Below are positions 1 to 8,056 of a DNA stretch of 54,937 bases, one piece after another. The DNA comes from Elusimicrobiota bacterium (GTDB taxonomy: Bacteria; CG03; SLGR01; JAGXOG01): NCBI GenBank assembly GCA_051745145.1, contig JBNJDT010000009.1, forward strand, positions 1 to 54,937, given 5' to 3'. The translations under genes and the position numbers were made by a program. Every line of letters starts with the position of its first letter. Positions within the stretch are counted from its first letter, which is position 1. A model generated the notes under the pieces. The model ran no database searches, had not been told where the DNA came from, and saw only the letters and a list, made by a program, of their open reading frames with translations.

Positions 1-26
1 TTAATAAAATTTTAAAAGAAGGCCCG

Positions 27-58
27 GGGAACATTTAGTAAAGTTTTAACGTCTAAAG
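27..58 (+). promoter_or_regulatory. ECF sigma-dependent promoter (GGAAC-N17-CGTCTAA) upstream of the ECF operon
   Basis: GGAAC at 28-32 and CGTCTAA at 50-56. This fits the ECF -35 AAC / -10 CGT-GTC pattern, and the same motif with the same spacing recurs at 1903-1934. Confidence 0.8.
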
Positions 59-119
59 TAAAAATAAAAGATTTTATTTAATCCATATTTACAATAAGAA
101 ATTTCTATAGGGAGGAAAT

Positions 120-1382
120 ATGAAAAAAATTTTTATTACAGCATGGATTTTGCTTATTCCGTTTACCGTGTTCGGGCAGGAGAAAAATTTAGAATCTATA
201 ATAACTGCATATAAAAATGGAAATTATTATGAAGCAGTCAAGTTATTAAGAGATGTTGAACAAAAGAATGCCAGGATATATTATTATATGGGATTAACTA
301 ATTATAAACTGGGAAGAGAGGAAAGAGCTAAGAAAAATTTTCTGGCGGCCTATTATATATCCCCGGCGTCCCGGTGGGGGAAAGCGGCCTATAAAAATTA
401 CCGGTATATGACAAAGAAACTTTTCCATTATGATATTATCCCCACAATATCTTATGACAGTAACGTAAATTATACGCCCGATGTAATAGAAAGCACTACG
501 GGAGCTGCACTTTTGGAACTTTATCTGACCGGAAAGTTAAACTTAACCCGATATTTAAATTTCAGGTATTCCTATTCCAGAAATCAATATTTTAAAGATA
601 TAGATAACAGCGACAGCCATACTGTAAATATGAAGCTGTTTAAAGGCCCGGCAGAGTTAACTTTAAATTCCAGTTATTCTAATGTGGGGGGGAGTCCGTT
701 TTATATCATCTACGGGGCCAAGGCGGGCTTAAAAAATATTGAGCTGGGGGGCAGGAAAAAAGAGTATCTGGATGAGGCCAGCAGTTATCTTGACGGGTAC
801 AGTTTAACAGGGAAGGTTTCAGTAGATATTTCAAAGGTCCGCCTGAGTTACGGCTATGAATATAATCAGGCCCGGGATCTTAAGGAAGAATTCTCCTATT
901 ATAAACACACCGGTTCAATAGATGACAGGGAATATGACTTTAAAGAACAGGAATCCGATAAAGAATATTTTCTCTCATATACCCACCGTTCACACAGTTT
1001 AAGGGTCCAGAGGGGTTTTGTGGTAGATGATAAAGCGACCGTGAGATTTTCTGGAGAATATGAGTTTAAAGATTATATCGGGAAAAACAGGTGGTACAGA
1101 AATTACTGGATAGAAAATTCCACGGATTCTTATTACTGGAGCGACAGTGAAGAAAAATGGATAGAGAGCAGCGTGCGAGCTCCCGGAGAAGAACAGTCTA
1201 AAAATAGGGAAGACCACCGGATAAAAGGCAAGATTAGTTATAATTATGATATTGACCGGGATATGACCTTAACGGTAACCGGGGAATACGCAATAAACAG
1301 GTCCAATATGGATGATATCGCCAGTTTTAATTACAACTGGACTAAAAGAAAATTGGGAGCAAGTCTAAATTATGACTTCTAA
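120..1382 (+). CDS. TPR-containing outer-membrane beta-barrel protein (Slam/DUF560-like architecture)
   Basis: Sec signal peptide (MKK...VFG|QE), TPR-like helices (YYYMGLTNYKLG), alternating aromatic beta-strands, C-terminal LNYDF BAM-type signal; SD GGAGG. Confidence 0.7.
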   Translation: MKKIFITAWILLIPFTVFGQEKNLESIITAYKNGNYYEAVKLLRDVEQKNARIYYYMGLTNYKLGREERAKKNFLAAYYISPASRWGKAAYKNYRYMTKKLFHYDIIPTISYDSNVNYTPDVIESTTGAALLELYLTGKLNLTRYLNFRYSYSRNQYFKDIDNSDSHTVNMKLFKGPAELTLNSSYSNVGGSPFYIIYGAKAGLKNIELGGRKKEYLDEASSYLDGYSLTGKVSVDISKVRLSYGYEYNQARDLKEEFSYYKHTGSIDDREYDFKEQESDKEYFLSYTHRSHSLRVQRGFVVDDKATVRFSGEYEFKDYIGKNRWYRNYWIENSTDSYYWSDSEEKWIESSVRAPGEEQSKNREDHRIKGKISYNYDIDRDMTLTVTGEYAINRSNMDDIASFNYNWTKRKLGASLNYDF

Positions 1383-1932
1383 TCAGGAAAAATTAATAGA
1401 GGAGTCCCAGGAAGGCAATCTGGAAAGTTTCGGAAGGTTAATAGATAAGTATAAGGACCGGATTTTTAAGATGGCAATGTCTTTCTGTAAGGATAAGGTA
1501 GAGGCGGAAGAAATAGCCCAGCTGGTTTTTATAAAACTATGGAAAAAAATAGATAAATTTAAATTTAAATCTTCATTTTCTACCTGGCTTTACCGGGTGG
1601 CCCACAATACATTTTATGATCACATCCGCAAACAGAAAAGAAGAAGCAACCGGAAGGTGTCTACCGATAAATTAAATTATTTAAAAGATACGGATAATCC
1701 TTACAAGAAGTTAGAGAAGGAAGAGGAAGTTGAATTATTAAAAGAAGCGCTTTCAAATATACCGGAGAAGTTCAGTATGGCGGTAATTTTTTACGACATA
1801 GAGGGAAGGAGTTATAAGGAAATATCCGACATAATAGAAAAACCCGTGGGTACGGTAAAATCCCGGCTGTACCGGGGGCGTAAACTGTTGAAGGAAAAAC
1901 TCGGGAACAAAATAGAGTCCCGAAACGTCTAA
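1372..1932 (+). CDS. ECF (sigma-70 group 4) RNA polymerase sigma factor
   Basis: Region 2 (AEEIAQLVFIKLW...SSFSTWLYRVAHN) and region 4 (SYKEISDIIEKPVGTVKSRLYRGR). Confidence 0.95.
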   Translation: MTSNQEKLIEESQEGNLESFGRLIDKYKDRIFKMAMSFCKDKVEAEEIAQLVFIKLWKKIDKFKFKSSFSTWLYRVAHNTFYDHIRKQKRRSNRKVSTDKLNYLKDTDNPYKKLEKEEEVELLKEALSNIPEKFSMAVIFYDIEGRSYKEISDIIEKPVGTVKSRLYRGRKLLKEKLGNKIESRNV

Positions 1933-1934
1933 AG
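1903..1934 (+). promoter_or_regulatory. Internal ECF promoter overlapping the sigma gene 3' end, upstream of the anti-sigma gene
   Basis: GGAAC at 1904-1908, N17, CGTCTAA at 1926-1932 (includes the stop codon); shares GGGAACA-N14-AACGTCTAAAG with 27-58. Confidence 0.75.
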
Positions 1935-1949
1935 GGTGGAGTAAGACAA

Positions 1950-2630
1950 ATGAAATGCAAAAAGATAAAAAAGGAAATATGGAAAGTTTTTGACCGGGAA
2001 ACTCCGGTCAGTGAAAGGGAAATGGTTTTAGAGCACATTGACAAGTGTGATGGATGCAGAAAACTGTATAAAGAGGTGGAGTCCCTGACGAAAGATCTGA
2101 GAGATTTCCCGGCTTATAATGCCCCCCCTGAATTTACAAATAGGTTAAAAAACAGAATTACTCAGACTTACGGTTATCCAGAGAAAGAGGGTGAACAAGA
2201 GAAAGGAGTTAAAATGGTGTTAAAATATGGAATCCCCACAGCCCTGGCCGCGGCAGTAGTATTTCTTATATTTTTTGCCGGCCCGGTTGAAGATAAAGGA
2301 GCAGTGCAGTATTATTCGCCCGGTCAAAAAATCAGCCTGACTGGATATGATAGATCTTCCGGCCTGTTAAGTAAAAGAGCGGGTTATATGAGAGTGAAAT
2401 TAAAAAGCGAAGCCAGGCTGGAAAAAGTTACGGTAGAGATAAATTTACCCCGGGAAGTAAAGCTGGCGGACAACGGAAAAAAAGCGGTATGGAGTGGAAA
2501 TCTGGAAAAAGGAACTAATGTCTTACTCCTTAAAGTTAAAGGAGAAAAAGAAGGAAAGTGGGATATAAACGGAGTAATAAAAAAGAACGGTTTAAGGAAG
2601 CAGTTTACAAAGAAAGTAAGTATAATGTAA
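1950..2630 (+). CDS. Membrane-anchored zinc-binding (ZAS, zf-HC2) anti-sigma factor
   Basis: N-terminal Cys plus HxxxCxxC (HIDKCDGC), one TM helix, C-terminal beta-rich domain; directly follows the ECF gene. Confidence 0.9.
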   Translation: MKCKKIKKEIWKVFDRETPVSEREMVLEHIDKCDGCRKLYKEVESLTKDLRDFPAYNAPPEFTNRLKNRITQTYGYPEKEGEQEKGVKMVLKYGIPTALAAAVVFLIFFAGPVEDKGAVQYYSPGQKISLTGYDRSSGLLSKRAGYMRVKLKSEARLEKVTVEINLPREVKLADNGKKAVWSGNLEKGTNVLLLKVKGEKEGKWDINGVIKKNGLRKQFTKKVSIM

Positions 2631-2643
2631 GGAGGTACCAGCG

Positions 2644-3339
2644 ATGTTTAAACTAAAAAATTTATTAGTAGTAGGTCTGTTTGCCGGGCTTATAGCCATG
2701 CCTGCTCAGGCCCAGGATGAGTTACCCGTGGAAGTGGATATTGATTTACTTTCCCGGCAGATGACTGTAGAAGAAGCCGGTGAAGAGTTGGCCCGGGATA
2801 TGAATGCGGAAACTTTGCAGACCAAAGACAGAAAGAGGGCAAAAAAAGTCCTAAAAGAGCTAGCCCAAAAAGGCGTACCGGTTAACAAGGCTTATGAAGC
2901 GGTAAGTAAGGCGGTTAAAGAAGGTGAAGAGGTTGAAGGATTGGCAAAGGATGAAAACGTTGCCGGGTTGAAAAAAGAAGCAGCCAAAGAAGAGGTAAAA
3001 GAGGACGCTGAAGATAAAAGCCTAAGCGCCGAAGATGTTGCTTCATCGGTTGAAGTGCTTGACCGGTTAGTTGAAGAAGGCGTACCTGTAGAGCAGGCCC
3101 GCAGCGTTGTAAGAGAAGCTATAAAAGGAGATAAAAATCCTCAGAAACTTCAGCAAAAAATTACGGAGAGGCATGTGAATCAGCTGAAAGAACAGGCCGA
3201 AAAAGGAGAACCAGACACCGAGAATATTGGCGAGAAAAAACGGCAAAGGAATATGAACAGAATCAGCAACGAATTCTTAAAAAGACTTGAAGACGAGAAA
3301 GATAATTACGAAGACGATTACAATACACCCGGTCGTTAA
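2644..3339 (+). CDS. Secreted acidic helical protein with an internal duplicated motif
   Basis: Signal peptide ending AQA|Q; SD TAAGGAGGT; repeated VLxxLxxxGVPVxxAxxxVxxA(V/I)K motif. Confidence 0.75.
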   Translation: MFKLKNLLVVGLFAGLIAMPAQAQDELPVEVDIDLLSRQMTVEEAGEELARDMNAETLQTKDRKRAKKVLKELAQKGVPVNKAYEAVSKAVKEGEEVEGLAKDENVAGLKKEAAKEEVKEDAEDKSLSAEDVASSVEVLDRLVEEGVPVEQARSVVREAIKGDKNPQKLQQKITERHVNQLKEQAEKGEPDTENIGEKKRQRNMNRISNEFLKRLEDEKDNYEDDYNTPGR

Positions 3340-3378
3340 CCTACAGTAGATAACTACTTTCCTCCCTACGGGAAACTG

Positions 3379-3417
3379 AAAGCGGCGCCGGTACTACCTA
3401 CCGGCGCTGCTTTTTTT
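3379..3417 (+). terminator. Rho-independent terminator
   Basis: AAAGCGGCGCCGGTA-ctacc-TACCGGCGCTGCTTT stem-loop followed by a T-run. Confidence 0.9.
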
Positions 3418-3615
3418 ATATCTATATAAAACCAGTTCCTTTATCAAAAGTTAAAAATAAATTATAATTATATATATTACAGCTGGTATATTTATCAAAG
3501 ATTTAATGTCTTTAGCAATTACAATATTTATGTTATATTAATATTGATCTTAGAATAGTATTTTTATGCTTAAAATTCATATGAAAATTATCTGATATTA
3601 AAAAGGAGAAAAATT

Positions 3616-4101
3616 ATGCAGGAAAATAATTTAGAAAAAGTTTTAGGTTTATTAGAAAATTTAAGGGAATTAGAGTTAAAAGTCGCTCAATTTTATAATA
3701 CAGCCGCTGAAAAATGGGATGATGAAAGTAATTACTGGAATACTTTAGCAGCCGAAGAAGAGAAACACGCTGCTTCTCTCAGGAGAATGGGGGAGATAAT
3801 TCAAAAAAATCCTAACAAATTTGACGCCGGCCGGGTATTTAATCCAGTTGCCGTAAAAACAGTTATCCGGGGAATAGATGAGAACATAGAACGTCTGAAA
3901 AAAGATAAAATAGATTTAAAAAAGATGATTTTTATTGCCCTGGATATTGAAAATTCTCTGTTAGAAAATAAATACCGGGAGATTGTAAATTCTAATAATT
4001 TGGAATTTACAAATTTAGTTAAAGAAATTACTGAAGATACTCAAAGACACAGGAATAAACTTAATATTAAAAAGGACGAAATAAGAAAAAATGACCGGTA
4101 G
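3616..4101 (+). CDS. Ferritin-like / rubrerythrin-type four-helix-bundle protein
   Basis: E...FY, LAAEEEKH (ExxH), ALDIEN, DTQRH carboxylate/His pattern; SD AGGAG. Confidence 0.7.
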   Translation: MQENNLEKVLGLLENLRELELKVAQFYNTAAEKWDDESNYWNTLAAEEEKHAASLRRMGEIIQKNPNKFDAGRVFNPVAVKTVIRGIDENIERLKKDKIDLKKMIFIALDIENSLLENKYREIVNSNNLEFTNLVKEITEDTQRHRNKLNIKKDEIRKNDR

Positions 4102-5149
4102 AGAGGTAAAAAAATATATAGATAAATATAAATCTTCTTTTTCGTCGTTGAATTTACTGGATGATATATTTGACGGGGTTTATATAGTAGACAGAGATCG
4201 CAAGATTCTTTTCTGGAACAAGGGGGCCAAGGAAATTACAGGGTACAGCGCCGGGGAAGTTGAGGGGAAGTATTGCCGGGATGATATTTTGAATCATATT
4301 GATGAGGAAGGGAATTTGCTCTGTAATTCAGCTTGTCCTTTACTTAAATCCATAAAAACCGGCAAAAGAGTTAAAACTAAGGTATATCCCCTACATAAAA
4401 ATGGTTCTAGAATTCCGGTTTTTACCCATATAGCCCCTATAAAAGATAAAAATGATAATATAATCGCTGCTATTGAAGTTTTCAGAGATATAAGTAAAGA
4501 AGAAGAATTCCGCATGCTTCAGGAAAAATTTAAAAAGCTCATTAAAAAATATGTCTCTTCCGCTACTTATGAAGAAGTACAACGCAGAATTCAAGATGAT
4601 AATGAGGCGGACAGTTCCACTGAAAAAGATCTTTCTATTTTATATCTGGATATAAAAGATTTCACGGTGTATTCGGAAAACCATTCTCCCAGACAAATCA
4701 CCCGGATGTTAAATGATGTTTTTGGAATATGCGAAGTAATTACAAAAGAGTGTTACGGAGACATAGATAAGTTTATTGGGGATGCGGTGATGGCTGTATT
4801 TATAGATCCTAACGATGCGGTAAAAGCGGGAAGTAAAATTCTAACGGCTTTAGAAAGACTGAATGATGAGAGAATTAAAAAAGGTAAAGATAAAATAAAT
4901 GTTAGAATAGGAATTAACAGCGGAGCTCTTATTCAGGGACCGATAGGTACCACTGACCGCAAGGATTTAACTGTTATAGGAGATGCTGTTAATACGGCCG
5001 CTCGTATACAGAGTCTAAGTCCGGTAAATACAGTTTCCATATCGGAACTTACCCGGGCAAGGCTAAAGAAGCCGGATAAATTTAAATTTTATAAAAAAAC
5101 CCAGGTAAAAGGAAAAAAGAACCCGGTATCAATTTATATTTCCGGGTAG
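4091..5149 (+). CDS. PAS-domain class III adenylate cyclase
   Basis: PAS (DGVYIVDRDRKILFWNKGAKEITGY) plus cyclase motifs LYLDIKDFT, DKFIGDAVMAVF, VRIGINSG, TVIGDAVNTAARIQ, VKGK. The Lys/Thr specificity pair is typical of class IIIb ATP-using enzymes. Confidence 0.92.
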   Translation: MTGREVKKYIDKYKSSFSSLNLLDDIFDGVYIVDRDRKILFWNKGAKEITGYSAGEVEGKYCRDDILNHIDEEGNLLCNSACPLLKSIKTGKRVKTKVYPLHKNGSRIPVFTHIAPIKDKNDNIIAAIEVFRDISKEEEFRMLQEKFKKLIKKYVSSATYEEVQRRIQDDNEADSSTEKDLSILYLDIKDFTVYSENHSPRQITRMLNDVFGICEVITKECYGDIDKFIGDAVMAVFIDPNDAVKAGSKILTALERLNDERIKKGKDKINVRIGINSGALIQGPIGTTDRKDLTVIGDAVNTAARIQSLSPVNTVSISELTRARLKKPDKFKFYKKTQVKGKKNPVSIYISG

Positions 5150-5190
5150 TATGTTGTAAAACAAAATAAAAGAGAGGAATAAGGAGGGGT

Positions 5191-5619
5191 ATGAAAATTT
5201 CAGCATTTGTATTTGCTTTAACCGTGGCAGTATTCTGGGGCGTGGCTCCCATATTTGGGAAAATGGGCCTTGTCAATGCTCAGCCGGGAGTGGCTCTGGC
5301 TTTGAGGAGCTTTGTGGTAACGGTAATTTTATTTATCTGGGTGGGGTTAACCGGAAAATTCAGCTCAATGTTTTCACTTACTACATCCCGCAGCGGGCTG
5401 GCAATAGCCGCCGAAGGAATTCTGGCATCTTTGCTCGGGCATCTGGCTTATTATTATGCTCTAAAGTCCGGGTCCGCTTCAAAAGTTGTCCCCATAACTT
5501 CAGCTTTTCCTTTAGTGGCTATGGCGGTGGGAATTTTGTTTTTAAATGAGAAACTTACCTTTACCAGCGGACTTGGAGGAATTTTAATAATTTCCGGTAT
5601 TATTCTTATAAAAATTTAA
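5191..5619 (+). CDS. EamA/DMT-family transporter (single repeat)
   Basis: Five TM helices; FWGVAPIFGK, YYYALKSG.ASKVVPI, LFLNEKLT motifs. Confidence 0.88.
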   Translation: MKISAFVFALTVAVFWGVAPIFGKMGLVNAQPGVALALRSFVVTVILFIWVGLTGKFSSMFSLTTSRSGLAIAAEGILASLLGHLAYYYALKSGSASKVVPITSAFPLVAMAVGILFLNEKLTFTSGLGGILIISGIILIKI

Positions 5620-5749
5620 GTACATTATTATCGTAATTTAAATTTTACAGTACGTTACAGTAAAGAATAATAATGATAATTATATTACAAAGTACTTATT
5701 ATTATTCTGAAAAAGAATTTTATAGAATATTTTTCTAAATATTTAAAAC

Positions 5750-5778
5750 TTGAAAAAACAATTTTGAATGAGTATAAT
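5750..5778 (+). promoter_or_regulatory. sigma70 promoter for the SPS operon
   Basis: TTGAAA-N17-TATAAT. Confidence 0.6.
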
Positions 5779-5841
5779 CAATAAAAGATTTTAAAATAGT
5801 AGAGTTTAGCAGTATTATCCGTATTTTGAAGGAAGGATTTC

Positions 5842-7359
5842 ATGAGTAAAAAAAATGATTTAACAGTTGGGTTAGTAAATCCCCAGGGACATGTCCGGTG
5901 GGATGATTTACAGATTGCCAGTCATCCGGATACCGGCGGGCAGACAGTTTATATAATAGAACTTGCCAAAGAACTGGGGAAAATTACCGGTCATGTTGAT
6001 GTTTTTACCCGTTATTTTGAAGATACTGAGTGGCCGGGGTATGATAAAAAAATAGAGAATTACTCGGATAATGTCAGGATAGTTAGAATTGAATGCGGGC
6101 CCAGGGATAAATTCATAGAAAAAGAAAAACTGTGGCCCCTGATGAAAGATTTTGTGGATGGAATAAAAGAATTTTATGAAAAAGAAGGGTATTCACCGGA
6201 TATATTTACTACTCATTATGCTGATGCCGGTCTTTGCGGGGCAATGCTAAAAGAGAAAATGGACGTACCATTTACCCATACCGGCCATTCTCTGGGCGGC
6301 GCTAAAATGGATAACCTTAATCTATCCCGTTCAAATTTTGAGATGATTAATAAACAGTTTAAATTTCACCGGAGAATATCGGCGGAAAGGGTAACTTTTA
6401 GAAATTCAAGCGCGATAGTAGCCTCTACTAATGAAGAAGTGGAAAAACAGTACGGCCATAAAGTATATGACGATGCTATCGATAATAAAGAGAAATTTCA
6501 TATTATACCTCCCGGGATAGACCCGGATCAGTTTTTTTCATATCACAAGAAGGAGAAGGATAAAGTACTCTATGAAAAAGCTGTAAATAAATTACAGGAA
6601 GGACTTAGTAAATATATAGATAAAGACAGACAGGATTTACCCTGTATATTGTCGGCGGCCAGGTTTGATGCCAAGAAAAATCCCACCGGACTTATAAGGG
6701 CTTACGCTTCCAGTGAGGTTCTTCAGGAAAACGCTAATTTACTTATAATAGCGGGTAACGTAGCTAACCCCTTAGATCCGGAAAATTGGGATAAGTTTAA
6801 AGAACACGAAAAATTTATTGTGGAGGATATATCGGATATTATTGAAAACTGGCAGCTTGAGGGCAAAGTGAGTTTTACGCCCGGCTTTGACTATAAAACT
6901 GAGATGCCTTTTGTATACAGATATGCGGCAAGGAAAAAGTGGATTTTTGTAAATCCGGCTTTACATGAACCTTTCGGTTTAACTATTATCGAGGCAATGG
7001 CTTCGGGACTGCCGGTGGTAGCCACAAAGTACGGAGGCCCATCTGAGATTTTAAATAATGGGGAATACGGTATTCTTATAGAGCCTAAATTCCCTCATTC
7101 TCTTAAAAAAGGGCTGGAAAAACTTTTAATAGCCGGTAAGTGGAAAAATTTTTCTAATAAAGGAATGGAACGTGTAAAAGAAAGATACACCTGGCGGATA
7201 GCTTCAAAGGGTTATAAAAAATTATTTAAAGAAGTAGTTGAAAAAGATGTTGATAGTGAAAATGACTTTGATATTCCGGAGTATTTTATAGATCCTCAAA
7301 CCGGAGATGACAGTCAGCTGCGGCATGAGTTAAGACATCTTTATTTTAAAGTAACCTAA
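5842..7359 (+). CDS. spsA: Sucrose-phosphate synthase, GT4 domain only (Halothermothrix-type)
   Basis: NPQG, HPDTGGQ.VY, TTHYAD, GHSLG, FKFHRRI.AER, IPPG, R...KKN, EPFGLTIIEAMASGLPVVAT; ~500 aa with no HAD phosphatase domain. Confidence 0.82.
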   Translation: MSKKNDLTVGLVNPQGHVRWDDLQIASHPDTGGQTVYIIELAKELGKITGHVDVFTRYFEDTEWPGYDKKIENYSDNVRIVRIECGPRDKFIEKEKLWPLMKDFVDGIKEFYEKEGYSPDIFTTHYADAGLCGAMLKEKMDVPFTHTGHSLGGAKMDNLNLSRSNFEMINKQFKFHRRISAERVTFRNSSAIVASTNEEVEKQYGHKVYDDAIDNKEKFHIIPPGIDPDQFFSYHKKEKDKVLYEKAVNKLQEGLSKYIDKDRQDLPCILSAARFDAKKNPTGLIRAYASSEVLQENANLLIIAGNVANPLDPENWDKFKEHEKFIVEDISDIIENWQLEGKVSFTPGFDYKTEMPFVYRYAARKKWIFVNPALHEPFGLTIIEAMASGLPVVATKYGGPSEILNNGEYGILIEPKFPHSLKKGLEKLLIAGKWKNFSNKGMERVKERYTWRIASKGYKKLFKEVVEKDVDSENDFDIPEYFIDPQTGDDSQLRHELRHLYFKVT

Positions 7360-7376
7360 TTTAGGAGGTATAAGCA

Positions 7377-8021
7377 TTGTTAGGAGATAAAATAGTAGTT
7401 AAAGAACATCACAAAAGGGCCGCAGGGCAGGTTTACGATAAGATATCCGAAGAAGTTTTAGAGAAAGATGGACCGGTAGCTATAACGGTCGCCGGAGAAT
7501 CCGGCAGCGGAAAATCCGAAATAGGTTCGGAAATAGCGCGACTTTTTGAGAAAAAAAATGGTTTAAACAGCATTATATTTGCCCAGGATGATTATTTTAA
7601 GTTGCCCCCTAAATCAAATGATGCGGCCCGCAGGGATAATATTGACCGGGTGGGTATGGGGGAAGTTAAATTAGATCTTTTAGATGAACATATTGAAAAT
7701 ATAAAGTCCGGCCGGAAACTTAAATTTAATAAACCCCTTATTGATTATGAAAATGATGATATTTTAACTGAGAAAGTAGATGGCAACGGCATTGATATCA
7801 TAGTTGCCGAAGGCACGTATACCACTGAATTACATAATGCGGATTACCAGGTTTTTATAGATAGAACTTATGAAGATACTTATGAACACCGCAAAGAACG
7901 GGGCAGAGATGAATTAGATGAATATATGGATAAGATACTCCGGATAGAGCATGATATCATATCTTCACAGAAAAACAAAGCAGATATAGTAATTAATAAA
8001 GATTATAGGGTATCCGGGTAA
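7377..8021 (+). CDS. P-loop kinase, uridine kinase/PRK/FrcK-like family
   Basis: Walker A AGESGSGKS, QDDYF, VAEGTY; SD AGGAGG before a TTG start. Confidence 0.75.
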   Translation: MLGDKIVVKEHHKRAAGQVYDKISEEVLEKDGPVAITVAGESGSGKSEIGSEIARLFEKKNGLNSIIFAQDDYFKLPPKSNDAARRDNIDRVGMGEVKLDLLDEHIENIKSGRKLKFNKPLIDYENDDILTEKVDGNGIDIIVAEGTYTTELHNADYQVFIDRTYEDTYEHRKERGRDELDEYMDKILRIEHDIISSQKNKADIVINKDYRVSG

Positions 8022-8056
8022 TTAAATTGTACAATACCATATATAAGGAGAAAAAA

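Noticed and set aside
3511..3538. dif-like XerD arm TTATGTTATAT (also TTATGTTTAAAT near 15263)
   Set aside because: The XerC arm or the 6-bp spacing does not fit; the first is better explained as an extended -10 in AT-rich DNA.
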